Below are positions 51,457 through 64,000 of a stretch of 64,000 nt of DNA, one piece after another. Made by a program: the position numbers and the translations under genes. The notes under the pieces were generated by a model, which saw nothing but the letters and a program-made list of their open reading frames with translations, searched no databases and had not been told where the DNA came from. Within the stretch, counting starts at the first letter, position 1, and each line of letters opens with the position of its first letter. Origin of the DNA: Chiloscyllium plagiosum (Eukaryota); contig NC_057755.1 in the NCBI RefSeq assembly GCF_004010195.1, positions 8,967,306 to 9,031,305 of the forward strand, in the 5' to 3' direction.

Positions 51457-52069
51457 GTCTTTTCTTCCAGACATGTTGTAAAAGGCACGGAGTCTGAAAT
51501 GTCTGCGTTTGAATAGGTTTTAGGGCCAGTTTGATTATAGCTAATAGATACTGCCTCAGGAAGAAGGCTTCAATGTTTTTTTTTGTTTTAAAGCAAAACA
51601 TCTGCGCAGTTAAAAAGGGAACCAATTCTCCCAGATCAGCTTATCTCTGGTTTAGCTTAGTACAACTATTCACTTAAAGGAGGCAGGCAGCTGTAAGAGC
51701 TGCTGGGCGCAAAGAAGCAGGGCCAGGCTGATCCTCCTCTTTCTCTGACATCTCTCCTGTAAGACCATGCGTTTGATTTTGCCTTTTGTTCCAAGGGGTG
51801 TTTGTGGGGATTGTAGCTAGTATTTGGATCAGCATCGCTAATTTGGGATTATATGTTGGGTTTGGAAAGGTTACGTTATTCTGTACTCTGTTCTCTTTTG
51901 AGTTTCATTCGGTAATCTTGTAAATAAATTGTTTTACTTAAACGACGTCATTTGACCAACTGCATCCCTCCTAGAATATCTGCTTTACACCTGCTTAAAA
52001 CAGCTACCAAAGTTAGGGGCCAGGCGAATTTCCTGAAATGATTTGAGGGGGCCTAATAGTCCATGACAA
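51457..52069 (+). mobile_element. Solo-LTR-like element in the intron of GPCR gene 2
   Basis: Homologous to 8038-9129. About 600 bp, non-coding, ends in ACA. Confidence 0.65.
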
Positions 52070-53456
52070 TATCCTTCTCCGTTATCACCGCTGTTGTTCA
52101 GTGTACATCCATGGCACAAAGCGTATGTAGCTTCTCGATTTATAGTTAAAAACCATTCAAAGTGGTTACATCGTCACCTAATTTCCCTTGAACACTCAAG
52201 CATCAAATGTTTTTTTCGATACTGTTTGCTTTTTAATTTAATTTCATAGAATTGCATTATGTCGTACAATGGAGACAGCAAGACATCTTCAATGTAATAA
52301 GCTGAAGAAATTGGCGAGTCAATGGGAAGGCATTGGCTGAGGTTGATTGATTTTCCTTCAAAACTGTTCCTATGTTGTAATGTCAATGTCACTCCACGTA
52401 CATTCAGGTTTCAGATGTTAAGACTGATTTGCTTATGCAGAAAAATAATTATTTGCATACAAATGTTATATTTGTCCGCGTTATGTCTTTGCCAATGATG
52501 AGAGAGACAGAGGGCCAATTCACTATCAATATGAAGAGTTGTACTCTATCGAGTAAAGTTGTATTTTTACAAATTGACTAATCATGAGAAAATATATAGA
52601 GTGAAAACAAATATGGAAGAAGGTTCATTGGTTGAATGTTTGTGAACATGATTTTTCGATTTATAGACAAAAAAATCTGAAGTTTTCAGATATTCACCCA
52701 AACATTCAAGCATCACTTGCAAATGATTTTTTATTGTTATTGTTGCAGTGCACATTTTAAACCCAACTTCATGGAACTGAGTTTTGTCTTACAGTAGAGG
52801 GGGCAAGATATTTTCAATTTAATAAACAGGAGAATTTGTTTGGTTTGACTGATTTTTCTTAAACTCTTCATGTATAATAATGTCGTTCATATTCCATTAG
52901 CATTCGAGTTTAAGATATCAAAACTGATGTGTTTCCATAGAAAAATAATCGACCGGCAAATGTAACTTTTGTTTGTTTTATGGTTTGCCAATGATGATAA
53001 AGGTATAAGATTCTGGTCATAGCATTCCACCAATATGATGAGTTGTGCTCTTTTTTAAAAGTTGTAATTTTTGTCAATCAAATGGCCTTGAATGGGGCAT
53101 TGAGACACATAAAATGTTATTATGATTAAAGGACGTTCTCCATCAGAATTTTCATGTCACAACTTTGAACAATGGGCATTACTTTTGGAAAGTGTTTTTA
53201 ATTGTGAGCAGTTCTGGAATCCACACTATTAGGGTTGAGGGCGGGGCGGTTGGTGTGATGGTTCTGCTTGCACTGGCAATAGTAGTGAGGAGATTTACCA
53301 GATAACAGAGATTGGTTTGAGTGGAGTTTCAGCATCAAACAGAACAAGAGTGAGAGGAATTTAATGAACATCTAATAAATTGATATAGACAATTTAGAAA
53401 GGAAGCACTTTCCACTTGTTGAAGTAATGATGAACTCTCTTGTGTTTTGCTTGCAG

Positions 53457-54352
53457 CAAACAAGATGACGATTGTTATTCTTGTACGAGGAAACTGTGGC
53501 CTCTCGAAATGTATCTCTGTCTACATGCTTGCCATGGCAACAGCAGACCTACTGGTCATAATCATTAATGTACTGGTTTACAACATTCTTACGTATCACT
53601 TTCCATTCTCCCTTCTGTCTCATACCCATATTTGTAAGTTTATTTTTTACCTGGGTTGTGTTATGCTGAATTTGTCAGTATGGTTCACTGTTGCGTTCAC
53701 TTTTGATCGCTTTGTCATCATCTGCTGTCCAAAGTTTAAGACAAAGTATTGTACTGTGCGAATTCCAGTCACAATTATAAGCATGATTTGTGTCCTCATG
53801 TGGATCAAGGAATTCCCCATTTTCTTTGCATATGAACATGAATACATTGTGAACAATGTGAAATGGAACTGCCAGTCAAGTGTGGCATTCTTTTCTTCAG
53901 TTGCAGGAGGAGTGTACATCTGGTTTTTCAGCATCTGTTTAGTTTGGCTTCCTTTCATTTTAATTGCTTTGTTTAATGCATTGACAGTCAGACATGTGCT
54001 AGTGACTAGCAAAGCCCGCAGAGTGCTTCGGACTCACAGAACTGACAATCAATGTGATCCCGAGATGAAGAATCGAATGAAATCCATTGTTTTCCTCTTT
54101 GCTATCTCCGGGAGTTTCATTCTCTTGTGGCTGACAACTGTCATAAATCTTGTAATGACCAGAATCACAAATCCCAATTATTACCGAGGAGACTTTGGAA
54201 ATCCAACGTACATCATTGTTGAAACAGGAGCCATGTTGAGGTATTTGAGTTCATGTTCAAACACGTGCATCTATGCTGTGACTCAGAGAAAATTCAGAGA
54301 AGAGATTCTGGATATTCTGAAATCGCTCTGTGCATTCAATGCAAAGAGATGA
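53457..54352 (+). CDS. GPCR gene 2, coding exon 2 (class A 7TM receptor, GPR139/GPR142-like; spliced product 321 aa)
   Basis: Acceptor tgtgttttgcttgcAG, then (G)CA AAC = A-N. Motifs LAMATADLL (TM2), ICK, FTFDRF, WNC, WLPF, ILLWL and SSCSNTCIY..TQRKFREE. Clear paralogue of gene 1. Confidence 0.93.
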
Positions 54353-54471
54353 AACACGAGGCAAGATGATTAAAGAATGCTGAACCAAACTAGAATTCAT
54401 ATTTACTCGTGCTTTTTTATACCAGCATTCTCTTGTCACGTTTGCGTAAGGTTAATTAATGGAGAGAGAAA

Positions 54472-54477
54472 AATAAA
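54472..54477 (+). terminator. Candidate polyadenylation signal of GPCR gene 2
   Basis: AATAAA about 120 nt after the stop codon. Confidence 0.35.
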
Positions 54478-54559
54478 TGTTCCTCGACTTTTAGTATATT
54501 GCGCAGGAATGTGTTATTCCATATTGGCTGACCTATGCATTGCTCTTGATTATATATTC

Positions 54560-55600
54560 CCCTTCATATGAAAACAGTGCCTCAGATGCAGTGGGATTTG
54601 CGGCACAAACATGATGATCAATTATAATATGTATGAACTATCACTGACAAATGACCATTATGTTCATGGTTGGGGAGAGATTGGCCCATATTGTTTTTGG
54701 ATGAGTTGTCTGCATTAAACCAAGTGATCACTTTGGGTGGAGCGATCATGATTGTTTTAGTTTCAAAATAGTTACGGGAAAGGGTCCGCCTTAAATACAA
54801 GCTGAAGTTTTTAATTGGACTTAGGCAAGTTTTAATGGCATGAGGGAAGAACGTTCAAAAGTTGTTTGGAATAGACTTTTCAATGTCAAAGGACATCTCT
54901 CAAGGGGGAGGCTTTTAAGAATGTGATGACGACAGTTCAGAGACATCATGTTCTTGTTAAAATAAGGGGGAAGACCGGTCAGAATAAGGAACAATGGATG
55001 AATGAAGGTATTGAGGTTCTTGTTAAGAATAAAACAGTATCTGATTTTAGAGAGTGAAAACTTAGTTCAATTCATATTCTTCATCAATATAAAGAGTTAG
55101 AGACAATCTTAAGACAGAAATCAAGATAGCAAAGAAGATATGTGACATAGCATTATCAGACAAACTTAAGGATAATTCAAAGAGATTCTACAAATACATT
55201 AAAAAGAAGCGGTTAACTTGAGATAGTGAATGGCCCTTTAAAGATCAAGGTGGTCACCTTTGTGTTAAACCCCAGGAGATGGGATATATAGTCAAAGAAG
55301 ATTTCACACCTGCTATTATTGTGGAGAAAGAAATGGAGTCCAGAGAATGCAGAGAACTAAGTATTGATTTTCTAAGAACCGTTCACATTGCAGAACAGGG
55401 AAGTTCAGAAGGTATGAGATAACTTAAAGATAGATCGGGATCTATTTCCAAACGTTTTGTGTAGTAAGGGAGGAAATTGCTGGACCTCTTTAGAAAATAC
55501 TTACATCATCTCTCCGGGTGAGGTAAGGTGCCTGATGACTGGAGGTTGGCTAATGTCGTTCCCTTCTTAAAGTAAGTTCGGAAGGAGAAACCTGGGAATG
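54560..55600 (+). mobile_element. Degraded CR1 ORF2 fragment
   Basis: KDNSKRFYKYI..KR, GPLKDQ-like and PDDWRLANVVP segments. Confidence 0.7.
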
Positions 55601-55934
55601 AAATAATCTGTTGTAGTTTCCCTCAAAATTAAGTATATGGTTTTCAATATTGCTTGGAAGGTTGGGGTGGTGGTGGTGGTGGTGGGGTGTGTAAATGGGG
55701 ATCCTATCAGTGGAAAGCCAAAGCTTCTGGAACTGAACGTAGCTTTGTGGCTCACAAGGGAGACAGGGAGAACAGGTGACCAATAATGATAAGGAGGCGA
55801 AAGTGAGTACTGCAGATGCTGGAGATTAGAGTCAGGCTTAGAGTGGAGCTGGAAAAGCACAGCGGGTCAGGCAGCCTTGATTTTCTGTCTCCTCGGTTGC
55901 TATCTGAACTTCGTGTTTTTCTGGCACCACTCTA

Positions 55935-56063
55935 ATAGTGATAAGGAGTCAAGCTTGAGAAGAACAGACGTGGGATTCTATGGCTGCGAGCGAAACTCCC
56001 AGATGGTATGTTACCTCCCAGGTGCCAGGTTGAGGAATATATCGGATCAAGTCTATAGATTTC

Positions 56064-56094
<31 letters not shown>

Positions 56095-56778
56095 AAGAGT
56101 AGCCAGAATTCGTGGTATGCATCGATACCAATGACATAGGTAGGGAAACGTTTGAGGGCACGAAACGAAAATATCTTGAGTTATATTGGAAGATAGAAGG
56201 CAAGACAAGCAGATTCGCAAACTCAGGTTTACGACCTGTGCTCCGTGCTATTGAGTCTAGGAATAGAGAGCGATTGCAGATGAACACGTGTCTGCAGGTC
56301 GGGTATAGGACGGAGGTATTCAGATATGTGGAACGTTGGGATACCTTCTGGGGATGGTGGGACCTGCACAAGAAGGACAGTTTACACCTGACCAGGAGGA
56401 CACCAATGTCCTGAGTGGAAGGTTATTCGAGTTTTTTCCAGAGAGTTTATTCTAGATTGTCAAAAGATCGGGAACATGAGCTACGGATTAGACGATGGTG
56501 TATGTGGGGAAAAGCCAGATACAGTTGCAGACAGTCTATGGAGAGGGTAAGGGAATCGATAGGGCCAAGGTGACGTCAGTATGATGGGTTGAATTGTGTC
56601 TATTTTATGACAAGAAATATCAGGAAAAAAGGGGACGAATTCAGACCATGGGTTAGTACTTGGAACTATTATGCTGTGGCCATTCTGGAGACATGAATAT
56701 CATAGGGGCAGGAACAGTTGTTGGATGCTGCAGGGTTGAGATGTTTCAAGAGGAATAGCGGGAGAGGTAGAAGAGGTC
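55935..56778 (+). mobile_element. CR1 LINE, 5' portion (ORF1 esterase region and ORF2 start), continued at 60815
   Basis: MVCYLPGARLRNI, IDTND and DSLHL motifs, then the decayed APE N-terminus. Confidence 0.75.
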
Positions 56779-59700
56779 CATGTGCATGTCGAGCAATTGC
56801 ATAAATGTCCATAATGACTCTGCTTCCACCACCACCACTGGCAATGCATTCCATGCATTCACAACTCTCTGTGGAAAGAACCGACCTCTGATATTTCGTC
56901 TCTACTTTCCTCCTAACATTTTATAAATATGACCCTCGTGCCAGTCAATTCAAATTGGGGAATAGCTCTGGTTATTGATTCTGTCCATGCCTTTCATTAC
57001 CTTGCACACTTTGATCAGTTCACCTCTCTTCCTCCTTCTCTCCAGAGAGAAACGTCCGAGCTTAGCCAACTTCTCTTCGTAAGACATGAATTGCAGTCCA
57101 GTCAGCATCCTGGTAAATCTTCTTTGCACTCTCTCCAAAGCCTCCATATCATTCGTATAATAGGGCGAGCACAACTGGGTACAATGTTCCAATTTTGGTC
57201 TCACCAGAGTCTTGTGGAGCTGCAACAAAACCTCACAGCTCTTAAACTCGAGCACTCTGTGGACGCCGAAACACCATGTGCTTTCTTAATAAGCCCATCC
57301 ACTTGGGTGGCAGATTTGAGGACCTATTCACTTGAACATCAAGATCCCGCTGTTCCTCTGCACTGCCAAGAATCCTGTCTTTTCTATAAAGATTCAGCAC
57401 TCAAGTTGTACCTTCCAAAATGCATGACTTCGCATTTGCCAGGTTGAATTCCATCTGCCATTTCTGAGCCAGGTTCGGCATCCTATCAATGTCGCGCTGA
57501 AGCCTGCAACAGCTGTTGATACTATCAACAGTACCTCCAACCTTTGTGTCGTCGGCTAATTTACTAAGTCACCCCTCAACGTCCTCATCCAAGCCATTTA
57601 TAAAATGTACAAAGACCAGAGGCCCAAGAACAGAGCCCTGCGGGACACCACTCACCACTGTCCTCCAGGCAGAATACTTTCCATTTACAATCACTTTCTG
57701 CCTTCTCTTAGCCAACCAATTCTGAAACTAAACAGCTACATCTCCCTGTATCCCATACTTCCTGGTTTTATGAATGAGCCGACCATGGGGAACCCCATCA
57801 AATGACTTGCAGAAATCCATTTACACCACATCCACTGCTCGACCATCGTTGACACCTCATAAAAGAATTTAATAAGATTTGTGAGGCATGAGCTGCCTCT
57901 CAAAAAGCCATACTGACTGCCTTTAATCACGCAATGCATTTCCAAAATATCATAAATCCTGCCCCTCAGAATTTTTTCAAAACACTTTATGACCACACTG
58001 GTCTGTAATTGCTAGGAATTTCCTTATTACCCTTCTTGAAAAGACGAGCAATATTCAACTCCCTCAATCTTCTGCTATGACTCCCGTGGGTAGTGAGGAA
58101 GCAAAAATCATCGCCAATGGCTTAACAACTTCTTTTCTTGCTTCCCAGAGCAACCTAGAATAAATCTGGTCTGGCCCTGGGGACTTATCACTCTTATTGT
58201 TTGCCCAAATTTGTAGCACATCAACGTCATCAATCTTGATCTGTTCAAGCCTGTTTCCCAGCTCCTCAATGTTCTCAGTCAAGCAAAGTCCTTTCCCCCA
58301 GTGAAAACCGAAACAAAAAAAAACTCATTTAGGGCTTCCCTATCTGCTGATACCTCCCACACAAGTTCCCTATGCTATCCCTAACTGGCCCTACATTCTC
58401 GCGGATCATTCTTTTATTCCTCACATATGAGTAACATGCCTTTGGAATTTTCCTAACTCTTCCTGCCAACTCGCTTTAGCGTCCCCTCCTGGCTCTCCAC
58501 AGTCCATTTCTGAGCACCTTTCTAGCAAGCCTGTAATCCTCTAAAGCTGTGCTCGACCCTTGCTTTCTCCAAATTGCGTAAGATGCCTTCTTCTTTTTCA
58601 CAAGAAGCTCCTCTCTTCTCATCATCCAAGTCTCCTTAATCTTACCCCTTATTGTCTGTCTCAGAGAAACAAATTTATGCATCACTCTCAACAACTGCTC
58701 CTTAAAGAGTTCGAATATGTCTGTTGTGCCCTTTCTCTGGAACAATTGCTCCCAAACTGTACTTGCCAACTCCTGTCTGATAGCGTCATAATTTCCATTC
58801 ACCCAATTAAATACCTTCCAATGGTAATTGCTCCTTTCCTTCTCCTTGGCTATGGTAAATGTGAAGCAGTTATGGTCACTCTCACGAAAGTATTCTCCCA
58901 CTGTGAGATCTGACACCTGTTCTGGCTCATTGCCGAGCTTCAAATCCAAAATGGCCGCTTCCCTAGTCGGCCTGTCTACATACTGATTATGGAACCCTTC
59001 CTGAAAACTCCTGACAAAAACGGCTCCATTCAAATCGTCTGCACGAAGGAAGTTCCATTCATTATTGGGAAAGTTGAAGTCTTACATAACAACAACCGTA
59101 CTACATCTGTTTTTTTCCAAAATCTACCGGCCTATCAATTCTTCAATCTCCCTACTGCTTTTGGGAGGTCTGTAGAAAACCCCCAATGAGGTGGCTGCTC
59201 CTTTGCTGTTCCAACCTTCCCCTCATTCTGACTCAGTAGACAACCTTCCTCGACAACCTTCGTTTCTGTATCTGTGATGCACTCTCTAATTAGCAATACG
59301 ACACCCCTCCTCTTTTTACACCCTTCCTGTTCTTTTTAAACGGTCTAAACCCTGGAACACTTGGCAACCATTCCTGACCCTGTGAAACGCACGTCTCCGT
59401 TATGGCCACAGCATCATAGTCATAAGTACTGATCCATACCCTAAGTTCATACTCTTATTTCTGACACTCCTTGTGTTAAAACTGACGCACTTTAACTGAT
59501 CCCTTTGCTTCATCACATGAAACGCCCTGTCGATAGATTCATTAAATCCTGTCATTGCCCCATAACACTACCCCCATCTCAGATGTGTAGCGCTGGTTCC
59601 CACCCTCCGACAAACTAGTTAAAATTCTCCTGATCCATACGAGGATCTCTCACCAAGGAGTGTTGTACCCCGCCAGCTCAGGAGAAACAAATCTTTCATG

Positions 59701-60810
59701 CACACATTACACCTTCACCTGAAGGCATCCCAATAGTCTAGGTATCAGAAGCCCCCCCGCCCCCCCGCCGCACCAGCCACGTGTTAAGCCGCATGCAATC
59801 CTTGTTCCTCAACTCACCTTTTTGTTGCACAGCACCAAACCTGAGAACACAATTCTATTCGTGCTTCCAACCTAGCTCTCTTTAGTCACCTTTCACATCC
59901 TCAGCCCATTTCCTGGCCATATCGTTAATGCCACGATGTATCACGATTTCCGGCTGCTCCCCCTCCCCCTTCAGAATCATGTAAACCCGATTGGTGACAC
60001 CCTGGACCCTGGCATCGGGGAGGTAGCATATCTTCCGGGTGTCCATTTCCTGACCACAAAGTCGCTTGTCAATCCGTCTAACTATTGAGATTCCTACCAC
60101 ATTTCTATTCGCCCCCTGTCCATTCTGAGTCACAGTGGCTATAGCCTTCCCCTGGTAGGCCGTCCCTACCAGCAGTATCCAAAACGGTATATTTATTGCC
60201 GAGGGAAACGGCCACAGGGGATCCCTGCTCCGTCCGTCGGTTCCCATTTCTCACCCAAATAAAACCCAGCTGTCGTTATCCTGTGGATAAGGAGTGACCA
60301 TCTCCCTGTACATTCTCTCAATTTCCCCCCTCAGCCTCCTGGATGATCTGCAGTTCATCCAGCTCCAGCTCCAATTCCCTATCTCGGTTTTCGAGGAGCT
60401 GGGGTTAGGAGTACTTCCCGCAGATGGGTCGGCAGAGACATTTGTTGTGTCTCTCACCTGTCTCATTCTGTAGGAGGAACATGCAACTGCCCTAACTGTG
60501 GAAGCCCACACAGGACTAAACAGAGAAGAGACAAAAAAAACACAAAACATGAAAACAGGTTCTGAATAAGGTTGGAGGAGGTGGGTGTGAGGGACACCCC
60601 ATGATGTATGGTGCCAGGTTTAGATCTCACTCACTTAAAATCTTCCCAGCAGACCTTGCTTCTCTCCATCCTCCCTCCTCGCCGCTCTAATCAAAATGGA
60701 GGTCCGACTCCAGAGGTAAGTCCCTTTTATTGAGTGGGAAAAGTTTACCTATACGGCAACCCTCGCTTGTCGCCGCCTCTCTCCTCACTGCTCTGTTCAA
60801 AATGGATTGT
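56779..60810 (-). mobile_element. Near-full-length CR1 LINE on the minus strand, nested in another CR1
   Basis: ORF1 remnants (CYLPDARVQ, HRGIND) at 59880-60550. ORF2 remnants include PTREAAILDL, ESDHN, KSPGPD, QYGFLRGSSCLTNL and LVRPKLEHC. Confidence 0.88.
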
Positions 60811-60814
60811 CTCC

Positions 60815-62260
60815 CAGCTGTCGAGGAGCGATTGTCTACAGAGTCAGTATGGGTGGAGGTCAGAAACAGTGAAGGACAGTCACATTATTGGGAGTTTTCT
60901 CTCCACTGAAATGTGGAGGTAGTTGAGGGAAGCACTTGCTGATAGCACTGGACATGTTTGTCCCACTGAGGCAAGGAAGGGTCGATAGGTTTGAAGAACC
61001 TTTGGTGACAAGGGAAGTGAAACATTGAGTCAAGGGGAAGAAGAAAACTCATTTAAGACAGAGGAAACAAGGATCAGCCAGGTCTTTAGAGGGTCAGACG
61101 GCATCCAGGGAGGAAATGAAGAATGGACTTGGAGAGCGCGAAGACGGCATGTAAAAGCTTTAGAGGGTAGGATTAAGGAAAATCCCAACGAAGTGTACAC
61201 TTATGTGAGGAACAAGAAGATGGCCAGAGTAAGGTTAGCGCTGATCAAGGATAGTGGAGAGAATTGGAGAATTAGAGACATATGGATAGGTCCTTCATGA
61301 ATACTTTGCTTCAGAATTCACTAATGAGAGCGAACTTGATGTTTCGGAGTACAGCACGAAACAGAATGATATGCCAGAACAGGTTGATGTTAGGAAGGAG
61401 GTTATGCTGAACGTTTTGAAAACGTAAGCATAGGTAAACCTCTTGGGACATGACAAATAAACCAAAGTTACTTCAGAAATCAACGGAAGCGATTGCTGTA
61501 CCATTGGCGATAACCTTTACGTCCTTACTGTCCTCTAGAGTAGTGTCAGATGATTGGGGGATGAGTAATTAATGAAAGTGAATAGGGATACTCCTGGGTA
61601 TTACAGACAAGTCAGTCTTACGTCAGTGGTGCGCACAATACAGGAGAGCATTCTGAGATACATGATTTTCGATAACTTGGAAAACCATAGTTTGATTCGA
61701 GATAGTTAGCATGGCTTTGTACGGCAAGATCACGTCTCACAAATATTACTGAATTCTTTGAGGATGTGACAAGACACGTTGATGAAGTAGAGCAGTGGAT
61801 GTGGTGTACTTGGATTTTATCAAGGGAAATGATAAGGTTCCTCATAGTACGCTCACTCAAAAAATAAGGAGGCATGGGATGCAGCTGCGCCTGTGTGTCT
61901 GAACAGAGAATTGGCTGGCACATAGAAGCGAGAGGGTTGTGGTGTCTGGAGTGCATTCATCCTGGAGTACAGTAACCAGTAGTGCTCGACAGGGATCGGT
62001 TCTTGGAACTCTGTTCTTTGTGATTTTTATAATTGACTGGATGAGGCAATTTAAAAGTAAATTAGTAAATTTTCCAATAACACGAAGGTTAGTGGAGTTC
62101 CACAATGTGGAAGGCTGTTGCAGTTTGCAATGAGACATTGACTTTGTGAAGAAGACTGCCGCTAAGTAGTAGATGGAGTTCAAACCAGAAAAGTATGAAG
62201 TCATATACTTGGAAAGGTCGAATTTGAATGCAGAATACAGGGTGAAATACATGGTTTGGA
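60815..62260 (+). mobile_element. CR1 LINE ORF2 fragment with internal deletions (continuation of 55935-56778)
   Basis: ESVWVEVRN, IKENPNEVYTYVRNKK, QGSVLGTLFF and MEFKPEKYEVI segments. Confidence 0.8.
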
Positions 62261-64000
62261 GATGCTGGTGTTGGGCTGGGGTCTACAAAGTTAAAAATCA
62301 AACAACATCAGGTTATGTTCCAACAGATTTACTTGGAAGAACTAGCTTTCAGAGCGCTGCTCCTTCATTAGGTGGCTGTGGAGTATAAGATTGTAAGACA
62401 CAAATTTGTAGCGAAAGTTCCATGTGTGATGCAACTGAAAATATATGTTGAAAATGACCTAGAATGTTTGTTAAGTCATCTTTTCAATGACCATGTTGGT
62501 TTCAATTCTTTCATACATAAATCCCAGAAGCTTTTTATGAAATTTACATTCTCAAATGAACTTTAACAGTACGTGCCATGTCAACTCGGATCATGGATTG
62601 AACATGTGAGGTGCGCAATGTTAGGCTGTTTGTGCCTAATGTTCAGACTGATTCTATTACTTAAAAAAAATGGATTTACAGAATCTAACATGGATTCACG
62701 CAGTTTATCAGGAAAATAAACGTAATTCTTCAAGTAAAAATTCACCTCACAAGCGTGTGTGTGTGCGCGTGCATGCATGTGGGTATGTGTGTGTGCGGGG
62801 GGAGGGGAATGACTGCCTGTGACAGAGTATGTATATATATCTGTGTGTGAGTGTAAAGAGGTATCAGTCTATGAGAGGGTGCGTGTGCGGTTATGGGTGG
62901 AGATGAGTATGTGTGAGCATATAAGAGAGGGTTTATATGTGAGAGAAGGTTTGCGTGAGTGTATGGGCGTGTGTGTGTGTGTATATATGTGTGTGTGTGT
63001 AGTGCAGTGGGCTTACATGCACTGTAACATGAACACAAGTTCCCCAGTTGAGGCGATCCCCGTGGGTATTGAACTTGGCTATTAGCTTCTGCCCGACCAC
63101 ATTGCGTTGTTGCCTGTTGCGAAGTCCGCCTTGGAGAATGGTAACCCAAGGGTCCGAGGTCGAAAATCCTGGACTGCTGAAGTGTTCTCCGACTGGGAGG
63201 GAAAACTCATAGCTGGTGATTGTTGTGTGGTGTCCATTCATCTGTTGCCATAGCCTCTGTTTGTTCTTGCCAATGTACCATGCCTCAGGGCATGATTGCC
63301 TGTAGCGTATGAGAGAGACAACATTGCCCTGGTCACATGAGTAACATGCCACGTTAATGGTGGGTGGTGCCTCCTCGTGTAATGATATTATTTATGTTGA
63401 CACACTTACACGTCTTGCAGTGTCTGCCATGACAAAATTATATGTCCTGAAAGCCGGGAAGGTTGCAGCAAACTTTGATCTGTTTGAGGTTTGGTATTGT
63501 TTAAAGGCGAGAACTGAATGCATGGGGAAGGTCTTGGCAAGGTGCACATTTCCATTCATAATGTGTTACAGACTGTGATGGACATGCGCACATTTTCCAC
63601 TCCTGAAAAGTACTAGACAACGAAGGGTACCCTGTCAGTTGCAGCTCATGTGTGTCTCTTGAGGAGGTCATTATAGTTTCTCGCAGGGCACGTCTAACTT
63701 GGCGGCCGATGAGTTGAGCATCAGACTGTATTCTTATGTGGGCATCCCTGAGTACTTGCAAGTGCCCGTCATTTTCCTCTTCATCTGAACACATCCTGTG
63801 CATGCGTAGCGCTTATCTGTAGGGGATGGCTGTTTTAGTATGTTTTGGGTGGAAACTGGAGAAGTGTAGCACCATGAAGTTATCCGTGGGTTTGTGGTAG
63901 AGTCATGTGCTGAGTTGCCCATCCTTGATGTCGGTGCATGTATCGAAGAATAAGACAGACATGAATACGTAGTACATGGTGAATTTGATGTTGGGTTGAA
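62255..64000 (-). mobile_element. Penelope-like retroelement, 3' part (RT thumb, GIY-YIG endonuclease, pseudo-LTR)
   Basis: YSCDQGNVVSLIR..C..WYIGKNKQRL..MNGH..PVGEHF..KLIAKFNTH..LN (62933-63352) is a GIY-YIG domain. HRMCSDEEE thumb region upstream; terminal repeat with a hammerhead-like motif near 62340-62375. Confidence 0.88.
62755..63002. repeat. Degenerate (GT)n microsatellite inside the Penelope 3' region
   Basis: Read directly. Confidence 0.9.

Noticed and set aside
53447..53466. ORF-track starts for the GPCRs (53447 and 7714) as true initiation sites
   Set aside because: Both are non-ATG starts at or next to splice acceptors; upstream 70-nt exons supply the ATG and the first half of TM1.
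56066..56094. 29-nt poly-G run encoding poly-Gly
   Set aside because: Lies inside a dead CR1 ORF1; homopolymer expansion or sequencing artefact.

Overview
Vertebrate genomic DNA, most likely a shark. This is inferred from HE1-type/V-SINEs, a DeuSINE, CR1/HER1-type LINEs, Penelope-like elements and a 33-bp satellite I associate with shark assemblies. The window is mostly repeats and has one assembly gap (21334-21858). It holds two intact, divergently transcribed, two-exon class A GPCR genes of the GPR139/GPR142-like type: gene 1 on the minus strand (exons 13863-13932 and 6806-7722, 328 aa) and gene 2 on the plus strand (exons 50495-50564 and 53457-54352, 321 aa). Both have a 70-nt phase-1 first coding exon that the ORF track misses. 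Between them is an old tandem duplication of a cassette (about 26.0-30.8 kb and 31.1-40.0 kb). Each copy has a 33-bp satellite array (about 8 units in one, about 200 with higher-order structure in the other) followed by CTCF-consensus motifs, and more copies of the CTCF-bearing flank lie at 0.6-2.5 kb. Also present: an unexplained 329-codon, CpG-rich ORF just upstream of gene 1; Penelope-derived fold-back elements with minimal hammerhead ribozyme motifs; a 5'-truncated Tx1-type LINE with a 15-bp target-site duplication; a Gmr1-like gag-pro relic; and nested CR1 LINEs. Repeat boundaries are read by eye and are approximate.
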